Shown here piece by piece: positions 47,819 to 57,312 of a stretch of DNA of 64,000 nucleotides. The stretch lies in the NCBI GenBank assembly GCA_963828745.1, contig CAWHFZ010000006.1, positions 449,549 through 513,548 on the forward strand. The letters are read 5' to 3'. Both the position numbers and the translations under genes were made by a program. Below the pieces are notes generated by a model that saw only the letters and a list, made by a program, of their open reading frames with translations, did not search any database and was not told the origin of the DNA. The DNA is from Vicinamibacteria bacterium (GTDB taxonomy: Bacteria > Acidobacteriota > Vicinamibacteria > Vicinamibacterales > JAENWD01). How positions within the stretch are numbered: the first letter of the stretch is position 1; each line of letters starts with the position of its first letter.

Positions 47819-49972
47819 TCAATGCACCTCGGCCACCCCTGCGCGTGCCAGGGCGCCGCGGACATGGATCGCCGCGTCCTGCCCCGCCAACAAATTCTTG
47901 GGCAGGATCGCCGCGGCTTCGCGTGTGAGAGCGGCCGTCTCGTCTGACGACAGATTCTTGGATGTCGCGATGATGACGGGAATGTCTCGGGTCACCGACG
48001 ACGCCTTCAAGGCGCTGAGCACGTCGCGGCCGGGCATCGAGGGCATAACTAGATCCAGGAAAATGACCGCGGGTCTTTCGTCTGCGGCGATTCGCAGTCC
48101 CGCCATGCCGTCGCGTGCTTCGAACACGGCAAACGACTCGGCCAGGAGCAACCGGCGGAGGACATATCGTATCCCCGGATCGTCGTCGATCAGCAATGCC
48201 GTCGTCGCCCCGGGCGCCGTTGTCAGTTCGCGCAGCCGTGTGAGCAGCCAGTCGCGCTCCACCGGCTTCACGGCATAGTCGTCGGCGCCAAGCGCGAGGC
48301 CCTTCCGCCGATCCTCGACGTTGCTGATAACGATGACCGGAATCGAAGACGTCAGGTCGCTGCCCTTCAATTCGGACAGAAATTTCCAGTTCTCCTCGCC
48401 CTGCATGACGATGTCGAGCAGGATGGCGGACGGCATCACGCGTTTCAGCCATTGCCGCGCCGCGGCCACGGACGACGCAGTAAGGATCTGGAACCGGGCG
48501 CCCCGAAGCATGCGGGCGTAGACCAGCTGCGCGTCGGGCGAATCTTCGATGATCAGGACCGGCAGCGACCCAGGCTCGGGACGGTATTCCACGGCGTCGA
48601 CCGCCGGCACGGCATTGGCCGCGGCCTCGCCGGGATATTGGACCGGAATCACTGCATAGAAGGTCGAGCCGACGCCGGGCGAGCTCCGGACGCCGAGCTC
48701 GCCGCCCAGTAGTTGCGCCAGCTTTCGCGACAGCGGCAGGCCCAGTCCGGTCCCGCGGACACGCCGCTGCGCGGGATTCTGGACTTGCGTGAATTCCAGG
48801 AAGATCTCCTCCTGATCCTCGGTCGCGATGCCGATGCCGGTGTCCGACACCTCGAATCGGACGGCACGCTCGGATGCGGAATAGACGGCCTTCACCCGAA
48901 CCTCGCCCCGTTCAGTGAACTTCAGGGCGTTCGAGATGAAGTTCCGGAGGATCTGCGACACTTTTGCCTCGTCGGTGTGCAGCGTCGGTACGCCCTCCGG
49001 CTCGTCGAAGACGAGCGAGATGGAGTCGCCGACGAGCAGCGGCCGCAGCATCCCGCGCAGAGCACCGAACAGGTCGCGAACCTCGAACTCGCCCGGGTGA
49101 ATCGCGATCTTGCCGGCTTCGACCTTCGCCAGGTCGAGCAGATCGTTGACGAGTTCCGAGAGATCCTGCGCCGACCGCTGCACGAGCGAGACCTGCGTCT
49201 CCTGTTCGCTCGTCAGCTCGCCATCGATCCTCTCGAGGAGCAGTCGCGTCAGCGCCAGCATCGAATTCAGCGGCGTCCTGAACTCGTGGCTCATGTTGGA
49301 GAGGAACTTCGACTTCATCTCGTCGGCGCGCCGGAGATGATCGGCCTTTTCGTCGAGCTCGGCGTACAGCGCGACGACGCCGCGATTGGTATCTTCGAGC
49401 TCGCTGTTCAGCCGTAAGAGCTCGTCCTGACGACGCCGGAGCTGATCGAGCGTTTCCAGCAGCTCGCGATTCTGCTGCTGAACTTCGGAGAGCATCGAGG
49501 GCGCGCGCTCCGCCACGAGACGCGACGAGATCTCGCCCAGGCGCTGCGGCGTCACGAGAATCGCCGCCGGCGGCAGCAGCTTGCCCATCGTCACGGTCGT
49601 GCCGCGTCCAGGCGCGGTCTCAATATGGAAGCGATCCATGAGGCGCCGCGAGCCGCTGATGCCGAGACCCATGCCCGTCACCGATCGGTAGGCTCCGGTC
49701 AGGATGTCGTTGAGAGTGGCGATGCCCGGCCCATCGTCCGAAATCGTGACCTGCAACACCTGAGGCGCGACCCGGCCCTCGATCGCAAACACGACGCGTC
49801 CTCCGCGCGCATAGCGGAAGGCATTGCGCGCGATCTCCGAGACGGCAGTCGCGATTCTCACCTGCTCCTGGGAGTCGAATCCGAGCAGCGACGCCAGATG
49901 CCGCGCGCGCTGGCGGGCGACGACGATATCGTCCTCGAGCTGGACGCGGAGCGTCAGGACCGGCAGGCTCAT
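47819..49972 (-). CDS. Hybrid histidine kinase with an N-terminal RsbT/RsbW-like GHKL domain, coiled coil, HisKA, HATPase and two receiver domains
   Basis: The N-terminal 130 aa resemble the RsbT-like protein upstream (ARNAFRYA..., DDGPGI, GMGLGISGSRRL). The H-box is SHEFRTPLNS, followed by G-boxes and two REC domains (LLDIVM.., FLDLVMPSMPG). Confidence 0.9.
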   Translation of the reverse strand: MSLPVLTLRVQLEDDIVVARQRARHLASLLGFDSQEQVRIATAVSEIARNAFRYARGGRVVFAIEGRVAPQVLQVTISDDGPGIATLNDILTGAYRSVTGMGLGISGSRRLMDRFHIETAPGRGTTVTMGKLLPPAAILVTPQRLGEISSRLVAERAPSMLSEVQQQNRELLETLDQLRRRQDELLRLNSELEDTNRGVVALYAELDEKADHLRRADEMKSKFLSNMSHEFRTPLNSMLALTRLLLERIDGELTSEQETQVSLVQRSAQDLSELVNDLLDLAKVEAGKIAIHPGEFEVRDLFGALRGMLRPLLVGDSISLVFDEPEGVPTLHTDEAKVSQILRNFISNALKFTERGEVRVKAVYSASERAVRFEVSDTGIGIATEDQEEIFLEFTQVQNPAQRRVRGTGLGLPLSRKLAQLLGGELGVRSSPGVGSTFYAVIPVQYPGEAAANAVPAVDAVEYRPEPGSLPVLIIEDSPDAQLVYARMLRGARFQILTASSVAAARQWLKRVMPSAILLDIVMQGEENWKFLSELKGSDLTSSIPVIVISNVEDRRKGLALGADDYAVKPVERDWLLTRLRELTTAPGATTALLIDDDPGIRYVLRRLLLAESFAVFEARDGMAGLRIAADERPAVIFLDLVMPSMPGRDVLSALKASSVTRDIPVIIATSKNLSSDETAALTREAAAILPKNLLAGQDAAIHVRGALARAGVAEVH

Positions 49973-51009
49973 TGGACGCGCCCTGGCGTCGCGCTCGTCG
50001 GTGGAGCGACGACGGCAATCACCGTGGCGTCGTCACGCGAGCGGCGATGATCGCGATAGAGAGCGGCGGCAATCAGCGACGGATGCCGGGTCGTCAGCCC
50101 CGGGTAATCCTCGATCTTCCAGTGCGTGGCGATTCCGTCGGAATGCAGCAGCAGCAGCCCGTCGTCCGGCCACGGATACGTCATCTCCTGAATCCGGCGG
50201 ACCTGGTGGCCGACGGTACCGTTGTGCGAGACGAGGTGACGTCCGCCGGCCGGCGAGATGATGACCGCCGAAATGTTGCCCACCCCGCAGTACCGCACCT
50301 CTTTCTGCGAGGCATCCAGCTCCACGGCGGCGGCGGCGGCGCCCCGGGTGTGCCGGATGCCGCCGTGGATACGGGACATGATCTCGCTGGGTCGCAGTCC
50401 ATCGAGACTACCGAATAGGTCGACGGCAGCATGCGACGCCTTCGCCGCGTCACCGCCGTGACCCAGGCCATCGGCGACGAGGAACTGCATGCCGCCGTTG
50501 CGGCGCTGAAATGCCCAGGCGTCGCCGCATTGCAATTCACCGGCGAGCGCCACACAGATGGCGCCGACTTCCAGTTGCGACGCCACCGGAGGGACGACGC
50601 GGGGGTCAGACGCGACACGGGCGAGTGCGATGGTCCCCTTGCCGGGCGACGAGAACACGTCGAAGAATTGCGACGCGCGCGCCACCGCGCCGAGCCCGGT
50701 GCCTGGACTGCTGGACGTGGTGTATCCATCGACCAGACACGCCCTCCAATTTGGCATCCCGGGACCACTGTCGAGGGCCAGCAGCTCCACTTCCCCAGAC
50801 GATGAGGCGTCTGCCGCTGCACGGACGATTAACTCGCCGCCGGATGCGTGCTTGAGCAGGTTGGTGGCGAGCTCCGTCGCCACCAGCGCCGCACGTCCTG
50901 CTGCCTCCTCGCCGAACCCCAGCCGGCCGGCGCACGTGCGCGCGAGCCGGCGCGCCTCCGCCACCTGGCTGGACTCGTGAATGGGGATCGACATGGATGT
51001 CAGGTCCAT
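49969..51009 (-). CDS. RsbT/RsbW-like ATP-binding domain fused to a PP2C/SpoIIE-type phosphatase
   Basis: The start MDLTSMSIP at 51009 overlaps the upstream gene by 10 nt. The N-terminal GHKL-like text is ELATNLLKHA, DSGPGM, GTGLGAV. The PP2C part reads GDAWAF...LVADGLGHG...LLLHSDGI...DDATVIAV. Confidence 0.85.
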   Translation of the reverse strand: MDLTSMSIPIHESSQVAEARRLARTCAGRLGFGEEAAGRAALVATELATNLLKHASGGELIVRAAADASSSGEVELLALDSGPGMPNWRACLVDGYTTSSSPGTGLGAVARASQFFDVFSSPGKGTIALARVASDPRVVPPVASQLEVGAICVALAGELQCGDAWAFQRRNGGMQFLVADGLGHGGDAAKASHAAVDLFGSLDGLRPSEIMSRIHGGIRHTRGAAAAAVELDASQKEVRYCGVGNISAVIISPAGGRHLVSHNGTVGHQVRRIQEMTYPWPDDGLLLLHSDGIATHWKIEDYPGLTTRHPSLIAAALYRDHRRSRDDATVIAVVAPPTSATPGRVQ

Positions 51010-51407
51010 CGCGCCACCGTGACCCGTGTCCCTTCGCCCACGCGCGAGACGATTTCGAACTCGCCGCACAGTCGCCGGGCGCCGCTCAGGCCCAATCCGA
51101 GGCCGCCGCCGGTGGTGTAGCCGTCGGTCAGCGCCAGGCCAATGTCCGGAATGCCGGGGCCCTTGTCTTCGAACGTCAACCGCAGACCCCTCTTGACGCC
51201 GTTGCTCAACGCCTCGATGGCTGCGGTTCCTCCGCCGCCGTACTGCAGGGTGTTCCTGGCGAGCTCGCTGGCGGCAGTCACGAGGCGCGTCTGATCGACC
51301 AGGCGGAAGCCCAGAGCGATCGCCCAGTCACGCACTTTCTGCCGCACGACGACCACATCGTCACCGCTTCGGATTTCGACAATCTCAGAGTTGCTGGTGG
51401 TCGCCAT
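51000..51407 (-). CDS. rsbT: RsbT-like anti-sigma-regulatory serine kinase (stressosome switch kinase homolog)
   Basis: 135-aa single GHKL domain (ELARNTLQYG, DKGPGIPD, GGGLGLGLSGARRL) immediately after two STAS genes. Confidence 0.85.
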   Translation of the reverse strand: MATTSNSEIVEIRSGDDVVVVRQKVRDWAIALGFRLVDQTRLVTAASELARNTLQYGGGGTAAIEALSNGVKRGLRLTFEDKGPGIPDIGLALTDGYTTGGGLGLGLSGARRLCGEFEIVSRVGEGTRVTVARWT

Positions 51408-51777
51408 CGCCCGGCTTCTGCGTCTGGATCGCGCCTCGCAGTAGCTCGATGCCCTTCTCCACGTTCAGGGCGGTTTTGACGCCGGGCAACGAGATGCCCA
51501 GCTCCACCAGCGTGATAGCGACCGCTGGCCGCATGCCGACGACGACGGTCTGCGCGTCCAGCACGCGTGACATCGCCGCGATGTTGCCCAGCATCCGTCC
51601 GATGAAGGAGTCCACGAGTTCGAGGGCGGAGATGTCGATCAGGACCCCGCGTGCGTGATGCTGCACGATCCGCTCGGTCAAATCGTCCTGCAGCGCCAGC
51701 GCCAGGCGGTCGTGCATATCGACTTGAATCGAGACCAGCAGGTGGTCGCCGATCTTGAGGATTGGGATTCGCTCCAT
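51385..51777 (-). CDS. rsbS: RsbS-like STAS-domain protein
   Basis: 130-aa STAS-only protein (IPILKIGDHLLVSIQ...VLIDISALELVDSFIGRML) containing the conserved Asp-Ser context. Confidence 0.85.
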   Translation of the reverse strand: MERIPILKIGDHLLVSIQVDMHDRLALALQDDLTERIVQHHARGVLIDISALELVDSFIGRMLGNIAAMSRVLDAQTVVVGMRPAVAITLVELGISLPGVKTALNVEKGIELLRGAIQTQKPGDGDHQQL

Positions 51778-51783
51778 ACCGTC

Positions 51784-52644
51784 TCAGGCGCCAGCCGTCA
51801 CCTTGCACACGGTCAGATTGCTCTTCTGGAGCGCGATGCGAAAGGCGTCGGCGAGCGTCGCCTTCGTGATCACCTGCCCGAGGTCCACGCCCAGATGCAC
51901 GATCGTTTGCGCGATCTGCGGACGGATACCGCTGATGATGCAGTCGGCGCCCATCAGTCTCGCCGCGGCCACCGTCTTCAACAGGTGCTGCGCCACCAGC
52001 GTATCCACCGTCGGGACGCCAGTGATGTCGATGATTGCGATGGCGGCCGACGTCTCGACGATTCTCTCCAGGAGGCTTTCCATCACCACTTGCGTGCGGG
52101 CGCTGTCGAGCGTCCCGATGAGCGGCAGGGCGAGGATGCCGTCCCACAATGCGACCACCGGTGTGGAGAGCTCCAACATCTCTTGCTGTTGCCGTGAAAT
52201 GACGTCTTCGCGGGCCTTCTGGTGCAGCTCGGTCGTGTGGAGACCCAGCTTGTCGAGCAGCACCGTGACGAGCCACGTCTGCCGGCCCAGACCGTCGGCG
52301 TCGTCCCGATACTCGTTGCGCAGCTGGTTGAAAATCGGCTGCTTCAGAGACAACACGAAGGTGGCCGTCTCGGAGGGCGAGATGCCATGCCGCGCGCGGG
52401 TTCGCGACAGGTCGCCGAGCATGTCGCGGATCTCGTCCCATTGGGTGCCGTCGATGTCGTCCAACTGACCCGACTGCACCGCATCCCGGAACAGGTTCAG
52501 GAACTGACGCGACCGGTCGCGGAGCTCTTTCTCGTCGTACTTGCTGTAGCCGCCCGCCAGCTGTAGTTTCAACCAGTCTGCCAGCAGGCTTGATTCATGC
52601 TTGCTCACGATCTCCGCGATCCGTGTGCCGTCGACTGTGCTCAT
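51784..52644 (-). CDS. rsbR: RsbR-like stressosome sensor protein (helical N-terminal domain plus STAS)
   Basis: 286 aa. The N-terminal ~140-aa helical domain begins IAEIVSKHESSLLADWLKL. The C-terminal STAS reads LSTPVVALWDGILALPLIGTLDSAR...IIDITGVPTVDT. Confidence 0.85.
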   Translation of the reverse strand: MSTVDGTRIAEIVSKHESSLLADWLKLQLAGGYSKYDEKELRDRSRQFLNLFRDAVQSGQLDDIDGTQWDEIRDMLGDLSRTRARHGISPSETATFVLSLKQPIFNQLRNEYRDDADGLGRQTWLVTVLLDKLGLHTTELHQKAREDVISRQQQEMLELSTPVVALWDGILALPLIGTLDSARTQVVMESLLERIVETSAAIAIIDITGVPTVDTLVAQHLLKTVAAARLMGADCIISGIRPQIAQTIVHLGVDLGQVITKATLADAFRIALQKSNLTVCKVTAGA

Positions 52645-52677
52645 TCGCGTGGCCCCCGCCCACAGGTAGGAACGATG

Positions 52678-52705
52678 ATCTTAGCTGGAAACGGTCCAGA
52701 CCCAA
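52678..52705 (-). promoter_or_regulatory. Candidate sigma-70-type promoter for the stressosome-type operon
   Basis: The minus strand reads TTGGGT-16 nt-TAAGAT, 34 nt upstream of the RsbR-like ATG. The spacer contains CTGGAccgttTCCAG. It rests on sequence resemblance only. Confidence 0.2.
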
Positions 52706-52762
52706 GTACTTGAAAAGTTTTGTGAATCGTGCCCGGCGGCGGGTGCGTCGAGCCGCAGGCCC

Positions 52763-53962
52763 TCAGAAGAGCGTCTGCTGCCGCGGGCGGCGACGGGCGC
52801 CGTCGAAGACCGTTCGGCCGCCGAATTCCTTGGAAATCTGGCGCTCGCGTGCGATCGCCGCACCGACGTCGGCCCGAGGGGCAAGGTGCGATTCGACCGC
52901 GGTAACGAATCGATCCAAGCGCTTCAGGCCATCGCGCTTCTCGAGCGCGTCGACCCTGGCGCGATCGAGGCTGCGCCGGAGGACGGCGATCGTGTCGTCG
53001 TAGGTGTGGAGCGGCACGGGGAACGGGTGGCCGTCCTTGCCGCCGTGCGCGAACGAGAAGCGCGCAGGATCCGCGAATCGCGTCGGCGTGCCGTGGATCA
53101 CTTCAGCGACGAGCGCCAGCGACTGCAGGGTCCGCGGACCGAGCTGCTCGACCAGCAGCAGCGACGCAAAATCGCGCAGGTCGCGCTCGTGGGCGACGGC
53201 CAGGACCGCGCCGAGCCGCTTCGCATCGACGTTGTGCGGGCGGACGTCATGATGATGAGGAAGGACCAGGTGTCTCACCTCCCGCAGCACCCGATCGGGA
53301 TTCTCGCGCGTCAGCGCAAGCATCGCGTCCTGGGCGGCCATCGCGTCGCGATCCACCAGGTTCTGAATCATCCCCTGGTGCTCACCGACAATGGCCGTGT
53401 GCGGCGAGGTGGTGAAGTCGCGGACCGATGCCGAATGCCAGTGGTACCGGCGCGCCGTGCGCTGCGCCTCGTTGAGTCCCTGCTGCACGACGGCCCACTC
53501 GCCGTCAGCGGTCACGACAAACGTGTGGAGATAGATCTGAAAGCCGTCCGCAATCGCGTTGTTGTCCACCCGTGCCGTGAGACGGCTGGTCTCGACCAGG
53601 GCGCTGCCGTTGAGACCGAGCCGATCGGACAGCGCGCGTAACTCGTCCGGCGTCCGCCGCGAGTGCCGGCCGCGGCCGCCACAGATATGGATGCCAAGCT
53701 CCGCCGATCTCGGGTTCAGGCCGCGCTTCAGCGCTCCCATCACCGACGTCGTAATGCCCGACGAATGCCAGTCCATGCCGAGCACCGAGCCGAACGCCTG
53801 GAACCAGAACGGGTCGCTGAGACGAGTCAGCAGCTCGGACCGTCCGTAGTGGACGACGACCGCTTCCGCAATCGCCGTGCCGAGCGTCGTCATTCTTGTC
53901 GCCAGCCAGGCGGGCACACGGCCGCCGTGCAGCGGCAAGTCAGCCGTGCCCGAGCGCTTCAT
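52763..53962 (-). CDS. DUF763-family protein
   Basis: 399 aa. The N-terminal TADLPLHGGRVPAWL...LSDPFWFQAFGSVLGMDWHSSGITTSV matches my memory of the DUF763 family signature. Confidence 0.7.
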   Translation of the reverse strand: MKRSGTADLPLHGGRVPAWLATRMTTLGTAIAEAVVVHYGRSELLTRLSDPFWFQAFGSVLGMDWHSSGITTSVMGALKRGLNPRSAELGIHICGGRGRHSRRTPDELRALSDRLGLNGSALVETSRLTARVDNNAIADGFQIYLHTFVVTADGEWAVVQQGLNEAQRTARRYHWHSASVRDFTTSPHTAIVGEHQGMIQNLVDRDAMAAQDAMLALTRENPDRVLREVRHLVLPHHHDVRPHNVDAKRLGAVLAVAHERDLRDFASLLLVEQLGPRTLQSLALVAEVIHGTPTRFADPARFSFAHGGKDGHPFPVPLHTYDDTIAVLRRSLDRARVDALEKRDGLKRLDRFVTAVESHLAPRADVGAAIARERQISKEFGGRTVFDGARRRPRQQTLF

Positions 53963-54044
53963 TCATTCATTCTCGCACTGTGACGATGGCGAGCGCCGCG
54001 TCGACACGCGGCCGGGGAAGGCCCGAAACCTAGATTTAACATCA

Positions 54045-55262
54045 ATGTCGCCTCAGCGTCGTGGCCCTCGGACAGCATCGAACCAGCTAAACGGTTTGGA
54101 GAGCCGCCCAGCACGTCGGGCCTGGAGGCCACAGTTGCGAGAAGGACTCATCACTAGAGGCGTTGCCGTCGCGATCGTGTGCGCCGGCTTGCTGTTCCAC
54201 GGCAGCGTGGTGTCGGCGCAGGTCACACCGGCGGCGGGATACACGCCCCCCGATGACACTCCCACGATCAAGGTCGGCGCCACGATCTTTGCCGACTACA
54301 CGTACCAAACAACCCCCGACGCAACAGACGCTGACGGCAACTCGGTCGATCCGAACCAGTTCAACGTCGCCCGCGCCTACATCAACGTCACCGGCAACAT
54401 CTCGCACCTGCTCGCGTTTCGCATCACTCCCGACATAGTGCGGCAAAGCGGCCTGGTGTCGCTCGCGACCGGCAACTCCGTGACCAGCGACAGCCTCGTA
54501 TACCGCCTGAAGTACGCCTATGCGCAGGTCAACATCGATGATTGGATGACCAAAGGCTCCTGGGTTCGCCTCGGCATGCAGCAGACGCCGTGGGTCGACT
54601 TCGAGGAGCAGATCTACCGCTACCGATTCCAGGGCCCGATTTTCATGGATCGTGAAACCTACCTCTCGTCGTCTGACGTTGGCGTCGCTTTTCACACCAA
54701 CTTCCCGAAGAACTTCGGCGACGTCATGGTCGGTATCTACAACGGCGAGACCTACTCGCGCCCGGAGGCCAACGATCAGAAAGCGTTCCAGATCCGCGGC
54801 ACGCTGCGCCCCTTGCCAATGAGCGCGCTCCTGCGTGGGCTTCGGTTTACCGGGTTCTACGACGCCGATCACTTCGTGAAGAATGGCGAGCGCGAGCGTT
54901 TCCTGGTCTCTCCCACGTTCGAGCACCAATACCTGAATGCGGCGTTTCAGTGGGTCGAGACCACGGATCAGATTTCTGCAGTCACCGGCACCAAGGTCGA
55001 GGGGGAGGGGTGGTCGTTCTGGGCCACGCCCCGGACCACAAAAGGCTTCGAGGGGCTGATTCGCTTCGACCACCTCGAACCGGACGACACGACGGACCGG
55101 AAACGCGACCGGGCGATCTACGGCATCGCCTATTGGTTGCCGCATCAAGGCACGGTGTCCGCGGCGTTTTTGCTGGATTACGAACAGGTCAAGAACAAGA
55201 ACTTCGCAGTGCCAATCCCGCGCCAAGAGCGGATTTTCCTGCATGCGCTCGTCAACTTCTGA
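54045..55262 (+). CDS. Outer-membrane beta-barrel porin upstream of pstS (putative phosphate-selective porin). The start is uncertain.
   Basis: It has a signal-like AVAIVCAGLLFHGSVVSAQ, alternating beta-strand pattern and a terminal ...HALVNF. It lies directly upstream of pstS. Confidence 0.65.
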   Translation: MSPQRRGPRTASNQLNGLESRPARRAWRPQLREGLITRGVAVAIVCAGLLFHGSVVSAQVTPAAGYTPPDDTPTIKVGATIFADYTYQTTPDATDADGNSVDPNQFNVARAYINVTGNISHLLAFRITPDIVRQSGLVSLATGNSVTSDSLVYRLKYAYAQVNIDDWMTKGSWVRLGMQQTPWVDFEEQIYRYRFQGPIFMDRETYLSSSDVGVAFHTNFPKNFGDVMVGIYNGETYSRPEANDQKAFQIRGTLRPLPMSALLRGLRFTGFYDADHFVKNGERERFLVSPTFEHQYLNAAFQWVETTDQISAVTGTKVEGEGWSFWATPRTTKGFEGLIRFDHLEPDDTTDRKRDRAIYGIAYWLPHQGTVSAAFLLDYEQVKNKNFAVPIPRQERIFLHALVNF

Positions 55263-55291
55263 TTGATTTCGACTTCACTGGAGCAGAGACC

Positions 55292-56329
55292 ATGAAATCG
55301 CTCGTTACGATGTCGCGCCGCGGAGCGCTGACGCTTGTTGTGGCGACTGTCAGCGTACTCGGCGTCTCGGCGCAGAACGTGCAGATCAACGGCGCCGGCG
55401 CCACGTTTCCCAACCCCATCTACTCGAAGTGGTTCGCCGAGTACAACAAGCTGCACCCGAACGTCGCGATCAACTACCAGAGCATCGGCTCGGGCGCCGG
55501 CATCCGGCAGATCACCAACCAGACCGTGTTCTTCGGCGCCACCGACGGCCCGATGACGAACGACCAGCTGCAGGGAGCGCCGGGAAAGATCCTGCACTTC
55601 CCCACCGTGCTCGGCGCGGTCGTACCGATCTACAACATCGAAGGCGTGAACCAGGAGCTCAAGTTCACCGGACCCGTCCTCGCCGACATCTTCCTCGGCA
55701 AGATCACCAAGTGGAACGATCCGGCCATCGCGAAGGCCAATCCTGGCGTCAATCTGCCCGCCACCGACATCACCGTGGCGCATCGCTCCGATGGCTCCGG
55801 CACGAGTTACATCTGGGTCGATTTCCTGGCCAAGGTCTCGCCCGAGTGGAAGCAGAAAGTGGGCGTCGCCACGTCAGTCAACTGGCCGGCCGGCGTCGGT
55901 GCAAAGGGAAACGAGGGTGTCTCTGGTCTCGTCAAGCAGACCCCCGGGGCGATCGGGTACGTGGAGCTGATCTACGCGCTGCAGAACAAGATTGCGTACG
56001 GCTCGGTTCAGAACGCCGCGGGTGAATTCGTCAAGGCGTCAGTACAGGCGGTGACGGCGGCGGCGGCGGTGGCGGCCAAGAGCATGCCGAAAGATTTCCG
56101 CGTCTCGATCACCAATGCGCCCGGTCAGGGCGTCTACCCCGTGTCGTCATTCACCTGGCTGCTGCTCTACGAGAATCCCAAGGACAAAGCCCAGGCGAAG
56201 CTCTTCGTCGACTTCCTGAAGTGGGCGCTCACCGACGGGCAGAAGTTTGCTACCGATCTGGGCTACGCGCCGCTGCCTGAAGAGGTCGTCAAGCTGGAGA
56301 TGGCGGTCATTCCGCAGATCAAGCTGTAG
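55292..56329 (+). CDS. pstS: Phosphate ABC transporter substrate-binding protein PstS
   Basis: Signal peptide followed by INGAGATFPNPIYSKW, GSGAGI and AHRSDGSGTS motifs. Confidence 0.95.
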   Translation: MKSLVTMSRRGALTLVVATVSVLGVSAQNVQINGAGATFPNPIYSKWFAEYNKLHPNVAINYQSIGSGAGIRQITNQTVFFGATDGPMTNDQLQGAPGKILHFPTVLGAVVPIYNIEGVNQELKFTGPVLADIFLGKITKWNDPAIAKANPGVNLPATDITVAHRSDGSGTSYIWVDFLAKVSPEWKQKVGVATSVNWPAGVGAKGNEGVSGLVKQTPGAIGYVELIYALQNKIAYGSVQNAAGEFVKASVQAVTAAAAVAAKSMPKDFRVSITNAPGQGVYPVSSFTWLLLYENPKDKAQAKLFVDFLKWALTDGQKFATDLGYAPLPEEVVKLEMAVIPQIKL

Positions 56330-56340
56330 GGATACACATC

Positions 56341-57312
56341 GTGCCGAGTACCCGCCTGCCGTTTCGACTCGGTGGAGATCTGAGCTTTCGGATCTTCACC
56401 GGGTTCTTCGCTCTGCTCTTGATCGTCATCGTGGTGGCGATCGGCGCGGAGCTGTGGCGGAACTCGGTGCTGTCGATTCAGAAGTTCGGGTTCAACTTCT
56501 GGGTGACCAGGATCTGGGACCCGGTTGCCGGGGAGTTCGGCGCGTTGCCCTTCATCTGGGGCACGCTCTACTCGGCGATTCTCGCCTTGGTACTGTCCAC
56601 GCCCGTCTCGTTGGGCATTGCTATCTTCCTGTCCGAAATGGCGCCCGGCTGGGCGCGCCAGCCGCTCGTCTTCCTCACCGAGCTGCTCGCGGCGATTCCT
56701 TCCATCGTCTACGGTGTCTGGGGCGCCTTCGTCCTCGCGCCCTGGGTCCGCTCGCTGCAGGTGCACATGCCGGATGCGTTGAGAGCGACACCGTTTTTCA
56801 GTGGTCCCCCCCTCGGCTACGGGATGCTGGCGGCCGGGTTGATTCTCTCGGTCATGGTCATCCCCTACTCCGCCTCGGTAGCCCGCGAAGTATTGAAGGC
56901 TGTGCCGCTGGCGCAGCGCGAGGCCGCGTATGCCCTCGGAGCGACCCGCTGGGAAGCGATCCGGGCCGCGCTTTTCTTCGCGCGCACCGGCATCGTCGGC
57001 GCCGTTATGCTGGGTTTCGGCCGCGCACTGGGCGAAACAATGGCGGTCACCATGGTGATTGGCAACAGTCCGCAAGTCTCGTGGTCGCTGAACGCACCGC
57101 AATACACGATGGCCGCCGTCATCGCCAACGAGTTCACGGAAGCCGCCGATGACCTGTACCTCAATGCGCTCGTCGAGATCGGGCTCGTGCTGTTCGCGAT
57201 CACGCTGGTCATCAACATGTGCTCACGTCTGCTGATTATGAGCATGACCCGGTCGCGCCGGCCGAAGGCACAGGACGAGGCACCCGTCCTGCCGGAACCG
57301 AAGGCCGCATGA
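56341..57312 (+). CDS. pstC: Phosphate ABC transporter permease PstC
   Basis: GTG start. It has six helices, EAAYALGATRWE in the EAA loop, and its operon position. Confidence 0.95.
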   Translation: MPSTRLPFRLGGDLSFRIFTGFFALLLIVIVVAIGAELWRNSVLSIQKFGFNFWVTRIWDPVAGEFGALPFIWGTLYSAILALVLSTPVSLGIAIFLSEMAPGWARQPLVFLTELLAAIPSIVYGVWGAFVLAPWVRSLQVHMPDALRATPFFSGPPLGYGMLAAGLILSVMVIPYSASVAREVLKAVPLAQREAAYALGATRWEAIRAALFFARTGIVGAVMLGFGRALGETMAVTMVIGNSPQVSWSLNAPQYTMAAVIANEFTEAADDLYLNALVEIGLVLFAITLVINMCSRLLIMSMTRSRRPKAQDEAPVLPEPKAA

